From assembly GCA_963729205.1 (NCBI GenBank), contig CAVSNA010000003.1:1-64000 (forward strand): DNA of 64,000 nt, given 5' to 3'. Shown piece after piece: positions 1 through 10,436 of the stretch. How positions within the stretch are numbered: the stretch's first letter is position 1; every line of letters begins with the position of its first letter. The DNA is from an uncultured Thermoleophilaceae bacterium (lineage in GTDB: Bacteria > Actinomycetota > Thermoleophilia > Solirubrobacterales > Thermoleophilaceae). The notes under the pieces are model-generated. The model had not been told where the DNA came from. It made no database searches and saw nothing but the letters and a program-made list of their open reading frames with translations. Position numbers and translations under genes: made by a program.

Positions 1-98
1 CAGGTCGCGGGTCGCAGGGGGCAGGCCGATGACCCACAGGTTGCTGTCTCTCGAGAGGTCGGCGCAGGACACCCTACGGAGATGAGGCCAGGCCGCGC

Positions 99-905
99 AT
101 GGGCTTCTTCACCGACAGTCGGTCTGCATCGGCTGCAAGGCGTGCGAGGTGGCCTGCAAGCAGTGGAACCACCTGCCCGCCGAGGCATGGGTGGAGCGGC
201 CAGCCTATGACAACACCCGCGCTTTCGCGCCACCACCTGGCGGCACGTGGCGTTCGCCGAGAGCGCAGCGACGAGGACGACGCGAGTCCGTCGCTCGGCG
301 ACTGCGAACGCGACGAGCGGGCTCCCACCCCAGGACCGCGACGGTGCGCTGGCTGATTCATCGCGACGTCTGCAAGCATTGCACCGGGCCGCCTGCCACA
401 GGTCTGCCCGACGGGGCGCTATCCGCACCGAGTTCGACACCGTCGTCTGCAGCAGGACGTCTGCAACGGCTGCGGCTACTGCGTGCCGGCCTGCCCGTTC
501 GGCGTGATCGACCAGCGCAAGGAGGACGGCCGCGTCTGGAAGTGCACGCTCTGCTACGACCGGCTCAAGGAGGACATGGAGCCGGCCTGCGCGCAGGCCT
601 GTCCCACCGACTCGATCCAGTTCGGCGAGCTGTCGGACCTGCGCGAGCGGGCCGAGGCGCGCCTCGCCAAGATGATCGCGGCGGGCGCCACGGAGGCTCG
701 GCTGTACGGCGCCGACGAGGACGACGGCGTGGGCGGGTTCGGCGCCTTCTTCCTGCTGCTCGACGAGCCGGAGACCTATGGGCTGCCCCCCGATCCGGTG
801 GTTACGACGCGCGACCTTCCACAAGTGTGGGCCGGTGCGCTCACGGCGGCGACGGTCCTCGGCGCCGGCATCGCCGCCGCGGTGTTCGCGGGGAGGCGAG
901 GATGA
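99..905 (+). pseudogene. 4Fe-4S ferredoxin-type beta subunit of a formate dehydrogenase-N / DMSO-reductase-family complex (FdnH/HybA-like). Its reading frame is broken at three or more places.
   Basis: Fe-S motifs are spread over three frames: VCIGCKACEVACKQWN and RWLIHRDVCKHCTGP in frame 2, GAIRTEFDTVV in frame 1, and CVPACPFGVIDQRKEDGRVWKCTLCYDRLKEDMEPACAQACPTDSIQFG plus a C-terminal hydrophobic anchor in frame 0 (483-905). The catalytic molybdopterin subunit would lie upstream of the window. Confidence 0.6.
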
Positions 906-1888
906 GCCCGCCCATGGAGCGGCGCATGGTCGACCCCGGGAAGCCGCGGTCCTACTACGGGCAGCCGGTGATCAAGCAGCCGGTATGGCACCCCGTGATC
1001 CCCGTGTACTTCTTCACCGGTGGGATGGGCGGCGCGTCAGCGGCGCTCGCCCTGGCCGCCGAGGCGCAGGGCAACCCGGAGCTGGCCCGCCGAGCGTGGG
1101 TGAACGCGTTTGCGGCGATCGGAGTCAGTCCGCTGCTCTTGATCGCCGACCTCGGGCGCCCCGCCCGCTTCCTGAACATGTTCCGCGTGTTCAAGGTCAC
1201 CTCGCCGCTGAGCGTGGGCTCCTGGTTGCTCGGCGCCTGCGGGGGCGCCACCACGCTCGCCGCCGTGAACGCCACGACCGGCGCGTTCCCCGCTGGCGGG
1301 CGCGTGGCGAAGGTCGCCGCCGGAGTGCTCGGGCTGCCGCTCTGCACCTATACGGCCGCGCTCGTGGCCAACACCTCCGTTCCCGTCTGGCACGAGGCGC
1401 GTTGGACGCTGCCGCTTGTATTCGCCGCCGGGGCTGCCGCGTCGGCCGGGGGCGCCGGGACGGTCACCACTCCCACCGGGCTCGCCTCGCCCGCACGGCG
1501 CCTGGCTGTCGGCGGAGCGGTGGCGGAGGCGGTGTCTGCCGAGCTGATGCGCAGGCGCCTGGGGGAGCTGGGCGAGCCCTACACCGAGGGCGGCGCCGGG
1601 CGCTTCAGGCGCGCCGGCGGACTCGCACTCGCCGCCGGGGCGGCCCTGCTCGCCGTCGCAGGCGAGCGCTCACGGCGCGCTGCCATTGGCGGCGGCTCGC
1701 TCGTGATGGTCGGCGCGCTGCTCGCACGCGCGAGCGTGTTCAAGGCCGGCCTTCAGTCCGCTGCGGACCCCAAATACACGGTGGGACCACAACGAGCCCG
1801 GATCGAAAGCGGCGCTGCTCGCGGCGCGGTGCGCCGGGAGCGCGCTCGAGCGGATGCACCTGTAGATCGACCCCGGCCCAGCGGCTGA
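902..1888 (+). CDS. NrfD/PsrC-family integral membrane quinone-interacting subunit
   Basis: The ATG overlaps the upstream stop (ATGA at 902-905). The N-terminal QPVIKQPVWHPVIPVYFFTGGMGGAS motif is typical of the NrfD family. The rest is a long, continuously hydrophobic ORF. Confidence 0.75.
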   Translation: MSPPMERRMVDPGKPRSYYGQPVIKQPVWHPVIPVYFFTGGMGGASAALALAAEAQGNPELARRAWVNAFAAIGVSPLLLIADLGRPARFLNMFRVFKVTSPLSVGSWLLGACGGATTLAAVNATTGAFPAGGRVAKVAAGVLGLPLCTYTAALVANTSVPVWHEARWTLPLVFAAGAAASAGGAGTVTTPTGLASPARRLAVGGAVAEAVSAELMRRRLGELGEPYTEGGAGRFRRAGGLALAAGAALLAVAGERSRRAAIGGGSLVMVGALLARASVFKAGLQSAADPKYTVGPQRARIESGAARGAVRRERARADAPVDRPRPSG

Positions 1889-2055
1889 GGCCGCTTGATA
1901 GCCGGTCGGTGGAACCTCCGACGAGATTCGGCGACTAAGCGTTCGCGGCCTTTCGAGCGTCGTGACAGTTGGCGAGCTGTTGTTGGCCAGCGCGCGCCGC
2001 AGCGTGGGCAGTGCGACGGGTCTAGGTTGGACCCGGAGGGCACGGGCAGGCCCGG

Positions 2056-3237
2056 GTGGTGATTCCAGACGCAAGGCGGAGTGCGCCGCCATGGCTGCCC
2101 AGCAACGTTGGCCGGGCGATCTTCTTGGCATTCGTGCTCGTTGCGGTGCTGTTCGTCTTTCCGCAGCTTGTGGGGTTATTGCTGCTGGTTCTACTGGTCG
2201 TGGTCGTGGCGGTCCCGTTGTCCCGTGCCGCGACGGTCCTCGAGCGCTATCGCATCCCGCGCCCGGTCGGCGCGCCGCTTGCGCTGATCGCGGCGCTCGC
2301 TGTGCTGGGAGGGATCATTGCTCTGCTGGTGCCGACATTGGTCCACGAGGCCCGCCAGCTCGGCGATGCGCTCCCGGACACGGTCCGATCGCTGCAGAGC
2401 AAGCTGCCCCATTCAAAGGGCGCACGGCACGGCTCGGGGGACTCGCTCAAGACTTGGATCGACGGCTACACAGGCCATCCGCGCAGGCTGCTGGGACCGG
2501 CAGCGACTGTCGGCACGACGCTCGCGAGCGTCTTGGCGGGGGCGGTCGCGGTGCTGCTCACCGCGGTCTTCTCCGCGGTCCGCCCTGGGCCGCTCCGGGA
2601 AGGGGTCACGAGGCTCGTGCCCCCGCCGAGGCGTCCCGATCTCGTGCGGCTGCTCGACCGTCTGGCTGCGGCCTACCTGGGCTGGCTGCGGGGGCTGCTG
2701 CTCGGAATGGTCGTCCTCTGGATCGTGACCTACGCGGGTCTCACGCTCGTTGGCCTCGACTACGCAGTCGTCTTTGCGACCCTAACGGCGCTGGCGATGG
2801 TCGTGCCGTACTTCGGCGCGCTGCTGAGCGCGGTGCCTCCGGTGCTGTACGCGTTGACCATCTCCCCAACCAAGGCGATCCTTGTGGCGCTCGTCTACAT
2901 CGTCGCCCACTTCGTGGAGGGCGACCTGATCTCCCCACTCGTAATGGCGCGGGCCGTCAAGCTCCCGCCGGCGCTCGTCGCGGTGGGGGTGCTCGCGGTC
3001 GAGCGGCTGCTCGGGATCGCCGGTCTGTTCGTGGCCGTGCCGGTGATCGTGACCGTCAAGCTCGCGGTCGAGGAGTTATGGGTCCGTCCGATGGAAGCGG
3101 CGTACGAGACCGCTCGCGCGGACCGACTCGTCTCGCCCACTCAGACCCCAGCCGACCGCTCCCCGTCGGCGAAGTCGGAGCAGACCCCAACGACCCCCAC
3201 CGCGGATCGTCGCGGCGTGGGAACAACTGCCCACTGA
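2056..3237 (+). CDS. AI-2E family (PerM/YhhT, UPF0118) transporter
   Basis: Predicted polytopic membrane protein with eight or more hydrophobic segments. Conserved blocks MVVPYFGALLSAVPPVLYAL and LISPLVMARAVKLPPALV, plus a hydrophilic C-terminal tail. The exact start is uncertain. Confidence 0.6.
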   Translation: MVIPDARRSAPPWLPSNVGRAIFLAFVLVAVLFVFPQLVGLLLLVLLVVVVAVPLSRAATVLERYRIPRPVGAPLALIAALAVLGGIIALLVPTLVHEARQLGDALPDTVRSLQSKLPHSKGARHGSGDSLKTWIDGYTGHPRRLLGPAATVGTTLASVLAGAVAVLLTAVFSAVRPGPLREGVTRLVPPPRRPDLVRLLDRLAAAYLGWLRGLLLGMVVLWIVTYAGLTLVGLDYAVVFATLTALAMVVPYFGALLSAVPPVLYALTISPTKAILVALVYIVAHFVEGDLISPLVMARAVKLPPALVAVGVLAVERLLGIAGLFVAVPVIVTVKLAVEELWVRPMEAAYETARADRLVSPTQTPADRSPSAKSEQTPTTPTADRRGVGTTAH

Positions 3238-3274
3238 CCGGCTACCGGCCCAGCTCCGATTGCCCCTCGGTCGC

Positions 3275-4949
3275 CTAGGGCACCTTGGAGCGCGTGGGCT
3301 CGGCGTCGAAGAGGCTGTGGACGAGCTGCACCGCGACGGAGCCCTCTCCAACGGCTGACGCCACCCGTTTCACGGAGCCATGTCGAACGTCGCCCGCCGC
3401 GAGCACGCCGGGCATGCTCGTCTCCAGCGCAAACGGCGGACGCTCGAGCGGCCAGCGGAGGTCGTCCGGAAGATCCTCGCCGGTGCAGAGGAACCCATGG
3501 CTGTCGCGCACTATGTCGTGAGGCAGCCAGTCGGTGTGCGGGTGTGCCCCGATCAGCACGAAGAGCGCATCGGCGGCGACGGTCTCCTCGTCGGCGGTGG
3601 AGGCCTCGCGGAGCACGAGCTCCCGCAGGTGGCCGTCACCTCCTCCGCCGACGATCGTGGTGCCGGTGCGCACGTCGATGCTCGGCGTGGCGCCGACCTC
3701 CTGGATGAGGTAGTGCGACATCCCAGCCTCGAGGCTTGCACCGCGCACGACGAGGGTGACGCGGCGCGCATAGCGCGCAAGGTGCAAGGCGGCCTGCCCC
3801 GCCGAGTTTCCGCCACCTGCGACGAAAACGTCCCGTCCGCTGAGCGCGTGGGCCTCCGAGGTCGAGCCACCGTAGAAGACGCCGGCGCCGGTCAACGCCT
3901 CGAGCGACGGAACGCCCAGGCGGCGATAGTTTGCGCCGGTGGCGAGGATCACCACCGCGGCGCTGACGCGGCGGCCGTCGGCGAGCGAGATCGTGAGCCG
4001 CTGGCCCTCTCGCTCGAGCGTGGCCGCTCGATGCATGAACACGAAGCTCGCCCCGAAGACGGAGGCCTGCTCGTACGCCTGCTCAGCCAGCCGACTCCCA
4101 CTCACCCCGCGTGGGAAGCCGAGGTAGTTGCGGATCAGCGAGCTGGACCGGGCCTGTCCCCCGATCCCGCCCTCGTCGATCACGAGCGTTCGCAGGCCTT
4201 CCGAGGCGCCGTAGACCGCCGCGGACAGGCCCGCGGGCCCAGCACCCACGATCACGAGGTCGTAGTCGCGTGCGTCGAAGTCGGTCGGGGCGCCGGCAGC
4301 CTCCGCGATCTCGGCGTTCGACGGGTCGCTGAGCGCGCGCCCGTCCGGAAGGATCATGACCGGGAGCTTCACGTCGGGACCCGTCCTCGCGAGCAGCGCG
4401 CGCCCCTCTTCGGAGTCGGCCAGGGAGAAGGTATGTGGAGCCGCACAGCTCTCGAAGGTCTCGCGCAGCTCGTGGGCCCTGCCCGACCACTGCCTCGCCG
4501 ACGATGTGGACGGTGTGCGGAACCTTGCGCCGCTCCGTCGCCCACTCGAGCAGGAAGGTCGAGATCGTGTGGTGGAACACCTCGTCCGGCCAACGCGCCG
4601 GCATCGGGACGTAGTAGTTGATGCGGCCCAGCGCGATCGCGTCGAGCATCGCCTCGGCGGTCTGCGGGTCTGCCAGGGCGTCCCACGCAACCATCAGCCC
4701 ACGCTTGGCGTGCGGATGGAGCTGGCGCGCTCGGTCGAGCACTCCACCGTCGTTCACGCACTCGGCCGCCAGCACCAGTGCCAGCTCGGCGCCCGCATCG
4801 GCAAGCTCAGCCAGCTCTCGTAGCGCGTCCTCCTGATCGCTCGCGCTCTCGACCCGATAGTCGTGGGCATAGCGCTGGTCGAGCTGGGCCTTGACCTCTC
4901 CGAGGGCGGCCAGATCTCGGTCGATTACGAGGAGGACGGGTAGCGACAT
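3275..4949 (-). CDS. Thioredoxin-reductase-like FAD/NAD(P)-binding disulfide oxidoreductase with an extra N-terminal domain of about 190 aa. One frameshift lies near 4450-4500.
   Basis: DYDLVIVGAGPAGLSAAVYGA (FAD GxGxxG), VFVAGGGNSAGQAAL (NAD(P) site), and a C-terminal GVLAAGDVRHGSVKRVASAVGEGSVA block. The N-terminal domain (MSLPVLLVIDRD...) is in another frame that overlaps by about 20 codons. Confidence 0.6.
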
Positions 4950-5030
4950 CGCGAGTCATCACGACACTACTGCCCCGCTGAGGGACGTGGACCTCGACGG
5001 ACAAGAGGGCCCGCCTCGTGCGGGCCCCGG

Positions 5031-5966
5031 CTAGTTGCCGCGAGTGACGGGAAGCGAGAGCTCGGACACCAGCCGCTCCGCGACATCGGCGTCCGGCGGC
5101 GCCAGAGGCGGGCGCAGGTACTGCCAGTCGTCGCGACCGTCGAGCTCGCGCATCATGCCCTTGAGCGTGGGTATGAGCGGGTGCTGGTCGAATGCGGCGC
5201 GAGCTTGCGTGAGCTGGCGCTGCCTTTGCTCGGCCCGCGCTTCGTCGCCGGCCGCATGCAGGTCGTAGACGTCTCGCGCGAGCGGAGCCGTGACGTTGCA
5301 GGTCGCCGAGATACACCCGGCGCCGCCCCATCTCAGCGTGTCGAGGAGCAAGTCCTCAGCCCCGGTGAAGACGGCGAGCTGGGGGAACTCGCGACAGATC
5401 CGCTCGATGCGGGCCGGGTCACCGTCGCTGTCCTTGGTCCCGGCGACGGCGGAGGGGAAGGCGCCGACCAGCTTCTCGATCAGCGCGAAGCTGAAGCCGA
5501 CGCCGGCCATCTTCACGAAGTTGTAGAGGAACAGCCGAAGGCGGTCGTCTCCGACTCGCTCGAGCAGCTCTGCGAAGAAGCGGAACAGCCCGTCATCGCT
5601 CACGTCCTTGTAATAGAAGGGCGGAAGCACCAGCACGTCGCGCACGCCGAGCTCGAGCGCCCCGCGGGTGAGGCGGACGGCGTCTGGAAGCGCGCAGGCG
5701 CCGGTGCCGGGGAGGAGCGCGTGAGGGGGGATGCCGTCGGCCACAACGGCCTCGAGGCCCTCGAGTCGCTCGTCGACCGAGAGCGAGTTGGCCTCACCGG
5801 TGGTCCCGAACAGCCCGAGCGCGTGACAGCCGGCCTCGAGGAGGCGATGGCAGTGAGTCGAGAGAGCGGACCGGTCCACGTCGAGGTTCCGCGTCATCGG
5901 CGTGAGCACAGCGGCCAGAACGCCGCGCAGCGGCTCGGTACGACGGTCGTCTACGGGGGAGTCCAT
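5031..5966 (-). CDS. Dihydrodipicolinate synthase / N-acetylneuraminate lyase family (DapA-like) aldolase
   Basis: GVLAAVLTPM, LFGTTGEANSLSVDERLE, a TIM-barrel pattern and the conserved LPPFYY block. Confidence 0.7.
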   Translation of the reverse strand: MDSPVDDRRTEPLRGVLAAVLTPMTRNLDVDRSALSTHCHRLLEAGCHALGLFGTTGEANSLSVDERLEGLEAVVADGIPPHALLPGTGACALPDAVRLTRGALELGVRDVLVLPPFYYKDVSDDGLFRFFAELLERVGDDRLRLFLYNFVKMAGVGFSFALIEKLVGAFPSAVAGTKDSDGDPARIERICREFPQLAVFTGAEDLLLDTLRWGGAGCISATCNVTAPLARDVYDLHAAGDEARAEQRQRQLTQARAAFDQHPLIPTLKGMMRELDGRDDWQYLRPPLAPPDADVAERLVSELSLPVTRGN

Positions 5967-6057
5967 TCCGCGTCTCCTTCGGTTTCACGTGCCCGGCGCC
6001 GGCGCTTTCGAATGTAATCAGAGAGGCGCCCGCACCACCGCCCGCTACGGAGCGGGC

Positions 6058-7093
6058 TCAGCGTGGCTGATCGAAGATCTCGCTGAGAAAGTGAGTCACG
6101 ATCCAGGCGGCCACTCGCGACGTCGCTCCGGACGGATCGCGCGCCGGATTCAACTCCACGACGTCGAAGCCGATCACCCGCGCACGCCGCGCCAGCTCGA
6201 CCAAGATCGCGCGCAACTGGCGGTAGCTCAGCCCGCCCGGCTCCTGAAGTGAGTGCCCGGGCGCGACCGAGGAGTCGAGCACGTCGAGGTCGATCGAGAC
6301 GTACAGCGCCTCCGCGTCCGGGACGGTGTCACGCACCACATCGCTCGCGCCGCGCTCGAGCACGTCGAGGGTGGTCGCCCAGCGGGCCCCAAGCTCTCGC
6401 ATCCCGTCGACCTCGGCGCGCTCCACATTCCGCACTCCAAGCGCGGTGACGGTCCGTACGAACGGCAGCTCCGCCAGGCGGCGGAGCTGGCTTGCGCCGG
6501 TGAGGCGTGAGCCATTCAGCTCGTCGAGGAAGTCGGTGTGCGCGTCCACGTGAACGACGTCGAACTCGCCCAGCGGCTCCATTCCTCGCCCCAGCGGGTA
6601 GCTGATCGAGTGGTCGCCGCCGATTGCGACCATCAGCGCTCCGCGCTCGGCGATCCTGCGCGCGGCGCCGCTGATGCGCCCGTAGTTCGCCTCGGTGTCA
6701 GAGCCTTGGATCGCCACGTCGCCGACGTCCGCCATCGTCACTCCGGCCAGGTAGTCGCGATCGGCCTCGACGTCGTACCAGCCCGTCGCGCCCCGGTCGA
6801 CTCCCGTCGCCGGGCGGTCGCGGATAGTCGAACTGCGCGACGCTCGCCTCGCGGGCTGCCGCGGGCCCCGCGCGCTGGCCGGTCGGAATCCCCGGCTCCG
6901 GCGTGCCGCCGTCGTAGGGGACGCCCAGGAATGCCACCTGCGCATCGAGCCGATCGAGATCGCGCAGACTCGGGACCCCGAAGAACGTCCTGGGCGCGGG
7001 GTCGATCAGCGGTTCCGGGGTATCCACACGCCAAGTCTTGCGGAGAGAGGGATACTCGGCACGCAAAGTGGGCTCTCCTAGGCTCTGACCCAT
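6058..7093 (-). CDS. Arginase/agmatinase-family ureohydrolase, with one frameshift near 6830
   Basis: Mn-binding motifs GGDHSISYP, DVVHVDAHTDF and SIDLDVLDSSVAPG. The N-terminal 90 aa (MGQSLGEP...FLGVPYDGGT) lie in a second frame. Confidence 0.65.
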
Positions 7094-7496
7094 GTCGCGC
7101 GCGACCGAGGACCGCAACCGGCGCATGCTGCGGACGCGCGACGCGATGGATCGGGAGTTCGCGCAGCCGCTCGACGTGCCGGCCCTCGCGCGCCTGGCCC
7201 ACGTCTCCCCGGCGCACTTCAGCCGTCAGTTCCGCGCGACGTTCGGCGAGACCCCGCACCGCTATCTGCAGCGCCGCAGGGTGGAGCGCGCGATGGAGCT
7301 GCTGCGCGAGACGGAGCGTCCGGTCACCGAGATCTGCCTGGACGTGGGCTTCAACAGCCTGGGCACGTTCAGCCGCACCTTTCGCGAGATCGTGGGCGAG
7401 TCACCGTCGGCCTACCGCGCGCGCTTCGCCGGCGCCGGCGCCGCGCTGCGGGTGCCCGCCTGCTGGGCGATGGCGTGGACCCGGCCCGCGGGATAG
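7092..7496 (+). CDS. AraC-family HTH transcriptional regulator (HTH domain only, about 134 aa)
   Basis: LARLAHVSPAHFSRQFRATFGETPHRYLQRRRVERAMELL...GFNSLGTFSRTFRE is the double-HTH AraC signature. Its start codon shares 2 nt with the divergent ureohydrolase start (CATG at 7091-7094). Confidence 0.7.
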   Translation: MSRATEDRNRRMLRTRDAMDREFAQPLDVPALARLAHVSPAHFSRQFRATFGETPHRYLQRRRVERAMELLRETERPVTEICLDVGFNSLGTFSRTFREIVGESPSAYRARFAGAGAALRVPACWAMAWTRPAG

Positions 7497-7545
7497 AGCA
7501 GATTCGGAGAAGCGGATGCCGCCGCCGGGCCCTAACGTGGCGTCC

Positions 7546-8001
7546 ATGCTCAAGCGAATAAGCCACACCTTCATCCATGTTCTGGACCAGGACGAGGCGC
7601 TCGACTTCTACGTCGGCAAGCTCGGAATGGTCGTCCACACCGACGCCGACATGGGCGTGATGCGCTTCCTGACGGTGACCTTCCCCGACCAGCCCGACGT
7701 GGAGCTGGTGCTGATGGTCCCGGGGCCGCCCGCCTACGACGACACGACCGCCGCGGAGATCCGCGAGCTCGTGGCGAAGGGAGCCGCGGGCGGCGGCCTG
7801 ATCTTCGAGACCGACGACTGCCGCGGCACCTACGAGAGCCTGAAGGCGGCGGGGGTCGAGTTCACGCAGGAGCCCACCGAGCGCTTCTATGGAATCGACT
7901 GCGCGCTGCGGGATCCCTTTGGGAACCCGATCCGCTTCACCCAGCCACCGGACGGGCCGATCGTCGTGCCGTCGCCCGAGGAGGTCCAGGCGCAGTCGTG
8001 A
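7546..8001 (+). CDS. VOC/glyoxalase-bleomycin resistance family protein
   Basis: ISHTFIHVLDQDEALDFYVGKLGMVV...DCALRDPFGNPIRF shows the paired beta-alpha-beta-beta-beta glyoxalase fold signature. Confidence 0.7.
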   Translation: MLKRISHTFIHVLDQDEALDFYVGKLGMVVHTDADMGVMRFLTVTFPDQPDVELVLMVPGPPAYDDTTAAEIRELVAKGAAGGGLIFETDDCRGTYESLKAAGVEFTQEPTERFYGIDCALRDPFGNPIRFTQPPDGPIVVPSPEEVQAQS

Positions 8002-8022
8002 GCGGATAATCTGCTCCGGCTC

Positions 8023-8682
8023 GTGGCCTCGCAGAACCCCGACCCGGAGCAGTCCGACGCTGCCCAGCTCTACGCCGAGCGAAGCATCGGCGATCGCACC
8101 GGCATGGGCAGCCGGCCGGCGGTGGTCGTCGTCGACATGTCGAAGGCGTTCTGCGACACGCAGTACAAGGCCGGCGACGAGGTGGGGCCGACGCTCGACG
8201 CGATCGCTCAGCTGCTGGCGGAGGCGCGGCGCCGAGGCGTTCCCATCTACTACCTCGTGATGGCCTTCGACGCCGCCGATCCGGTGGCCGACGCCGGGGT
8301 GTGGGGCCAGAAGGTTCCGGCGCTGCTCGAGCTCGTGGACTCGGACCCCAACGTGACGACGGTCCATCCCCGCATCGCTCCCGAGCCCGGGGAGACGGTG
8401 ATGATCAAGAAGCGCTCGTCGGCGTTCTTCGGCACCCCGCTGAACGACCTTCTGGGCGAGCGAGGCGTCGACACGCTGATCGTCACCGGCTGCTCCACGT
8501 CCGGCTGCATCCGCGCGACCGCGCTGGATGCCGTGTCGTACGACTACCGGGTGGTGGTGCCCGCGGAGTGCGTCGCCGACCGCGCGCAGGGGCCGCACCG
8601 GGCGAACCTGTTCGACATGAACGCGAAGTACGGGGACGTGGATCCGCTGGCGTCGGTCATCGAGCAGCTGGAGCGGCTCTGA
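8023..8682 (+). CDS. Isochorismatase-family cysteine hydrolase
   Basis: AVVVVDMSKAFC, KKRSSAFFGTPLNDLLGERGVDTLIVTGCSTSGCIRATALDA, with a catalytic Cys in the VTGCST block. Confidence 0.75.
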   Translation: MASQNPDPEQSDAAQLYAERSIGDRTGMGSRPAVVVVDMSKAFCDTQYKAGDEVGPTLDAIAQLLAEARRRGVPIYYLVMAFDAADPVADAGVWGQKVPALLELVDSDPNVTTVHPRIAPEPGETVMIKKRSSAFFGTPLNDLLGERGVDTLIVTGCSTSGCIRATALDAVSYDYRVVVPAECVADRAQGPHRANLFDMNAKYGDVDPLASVIEQLERL

Positions 8683-9597
8683 CGGCTCCCGACGCGCGGA
8701 TCGTCGCCGAGGGCCTGATCTGGCCCGAGGGTCCCGCGCTGCTCGACGACGGGAGGATCGCCTTCGTCGAGACCTACGCGAGCAAGGTGTCGGTGTGGTC
8801 GCCCGAGGAGGGCGTGCAGCTGCTGGCCGACACGGGCGGGGGACCCAACGCCGCCTGTCTCGGCGACGGCGGCTACCTGTACGTGACCCAGAACAGCGGC
8901 CTGGTCGGCGCATGGCGCGCCGAGCGGATGCAGCCGGGCTGCATCCAGCGCGTGTCGATCGCCGACGGCAGCGTGGAGGTCTTCGCCACCGAGGTCGACT
9001 CGCTGACGCTGCGGATGCCGAACGATCTGGCGCTTCGGGCCCGATGGGCGGCTGTACTTCAGCGATCCCGGACTGTGGGACCCGGACGGAGAGCGGCCCG
9101 ATCCTGGGTACATCGTCGCCCTGGACGTGAACACCGGGCTGGGAGAGGTCCTGGTCGAGCTCGAGCCGGTCTATCCGAACGGAGTCGTGGTGGAGCGCGA
9201 CGGCTCGGTCGTCTGGGTCGAGTCCTATACGCGGCGCGTTCGTCGCCTGCTCGCCGGGGGCGAGATCGAGGACCTGGCCACCTTCGAGGATCCGCTGGCG
9301 GTGCCCGATGGCCTGGCGATCGCCGCCGACGGCGACCTCTACGTGACGGCTCTCACCGCCGGAGGCCTGCGCATCGTGGGAGCCGACGGCAGCGACCGGG
9401 GCACGGTCGACGTGGGGGCGGTGCCGAGCAACTGCTGCTTCGCCGGAGACCGGCTCTTCATCACCGATGGGGGCGACGTCAGCGGCACGGCGGGGAGCAC
9501 CGCGCCCAACGGCCGCCTATGGTGCGTGGAGCTTGGCGTGGAAGGGCAGGAGTTGTTTCGCGGGGCCCCGGCAGGTCCCGAAAACCGCAGCGTCTAG
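8683..9597 (+). CDS. SMP-30/gluconolactonase/LRE-family beta-propeller hydrolase, with one frameshift near 9040
   Basis: EGPALLDDGRIAFVE, DGGYLYVT, PNDLA...GRLYFSDPG, PNGVVVERDGSVVWVESY, PDGLAIAADGDLYVT. Confidence 0.6.
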
Positions 9598-9607
9598 GAG
9601 GGATCCG

Positions 9608-10432
9608 ATGGCCGCAGACGGAGCGATTGACGTGTCGGTGTTCCCGTTCACTCCGGAGACCAAGGTTGGCTCGTTCGGACAGACGAAGGTGCTGAGGGAG
9701 AGCCTCCAGCATCTGGGCATATGGGACGACGAATGGTCAGCCGCCGGGCTGGTGGAACGGATGGACGCGGCGGGCGTCGAGGCGGCGATGGTGTGCGCGA
9801 ACGTGGGCACCGGCTGGGAGGTGACGTACGAGTACATCGCCCAGATGCGCGACGAGGTGCCGGGACGGATCCTGCCCAACGCCGGGATCGATCCGCGCGA
9901 CGTCGCGGGCGGGGTGCGCAGGCTCGAGCACGCGATCACCGAGCTCGGCTTCGTGGGCGCCCACAGCTACCCGCACTGGTTCGGCATCTCGCCGGCGGAT
10001 CGTCGTTACTACCCGTTCTATTGGAAGTGCATCGAGCTGGACGTGCCGGTGCAGATCCAGGTCGGGCAGGCGTTTCAGGCCGGCCTCTACAACGTCGGGC
10101 GCCCTGGCGCGATCGACGAGATCGCCGTGGAGCTGCCGGATTTGAAGATCGTCTGCATCCACACGGCCTATCCCTGGGATCGCGAGATGGTGTCCGTGTC
10201 CTGGAAGCACCCGAACGTGTACATCGGCGCCGACTGCTGGCTGCCGCGCGACTGGGCCCCGGAGCTGATCGAGTTCATTCGCGAGCTGGGTCGCGAGAAG
10301 GTCATGTGGGGCACCAACCACCCGGTGATCGACCACGCGGAGTCGCTGGCGGAAGTGGCCGGGCTGGGTCTGGACGACGACACGCAAGCGCTGCTGCTGC
10401 GGGAGAACCTGCGGCGCGTCTACCGGCTCTGA
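9608..10432 (+). CDS. Amidohydrolase-2 (PF04909-type TIM-barrel metal-dependent hydrolase/decarboxylase)
   Basis: VCANVGTGWE, GFVGAHSYPHWFG, VQIQVGQA, IVCIHTAYPW and MWGTNHPVIDH metal-ligand blocks. Confidence 0.7.
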   Translation: MAADGAIDVSVFPFTPETKVGSFGQTKVLRESLQHLGIWDDEWSAAGLVERMDAAGVEAAMVCANVGTGWEVTYEYIAQMRDEVPGRILPNAGIDPRDVAGGVRRLEHAITELGFVGAHSYPHWFGISPADRRYYPFYWKCIELDVPVQIQVGQAFQAGLYNVGRPGAIDEIAVELPDLKIVCIHTAYPWDREMVSVSWKHPNVYIGADCWLPRDWAPELIEFIRELGREKVMWGTNHPVIDHAESLAEVAGLGLDDDTQALLLRENLRRVYRL

Positions 10433-10436
10433 GGGC

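Noticed and set aside
6538-8001. 487-aa plus-strand ORF
   Set aside because: Only the last 151 aa (from the ATG at 7546) form a VOC-family protein. The N-terminal 330 aa are antisense to the ureohydrolase and out of frame through the AraC gene.
7369-8913. 514-aa minus-strand ORF
   Set aside because: It is antisense to the VOC, isochorismatase and gluconolactonase genes, with no conserved motifs and an Arg-rich composition typical of wrong-frame translation of high-GC DNA.
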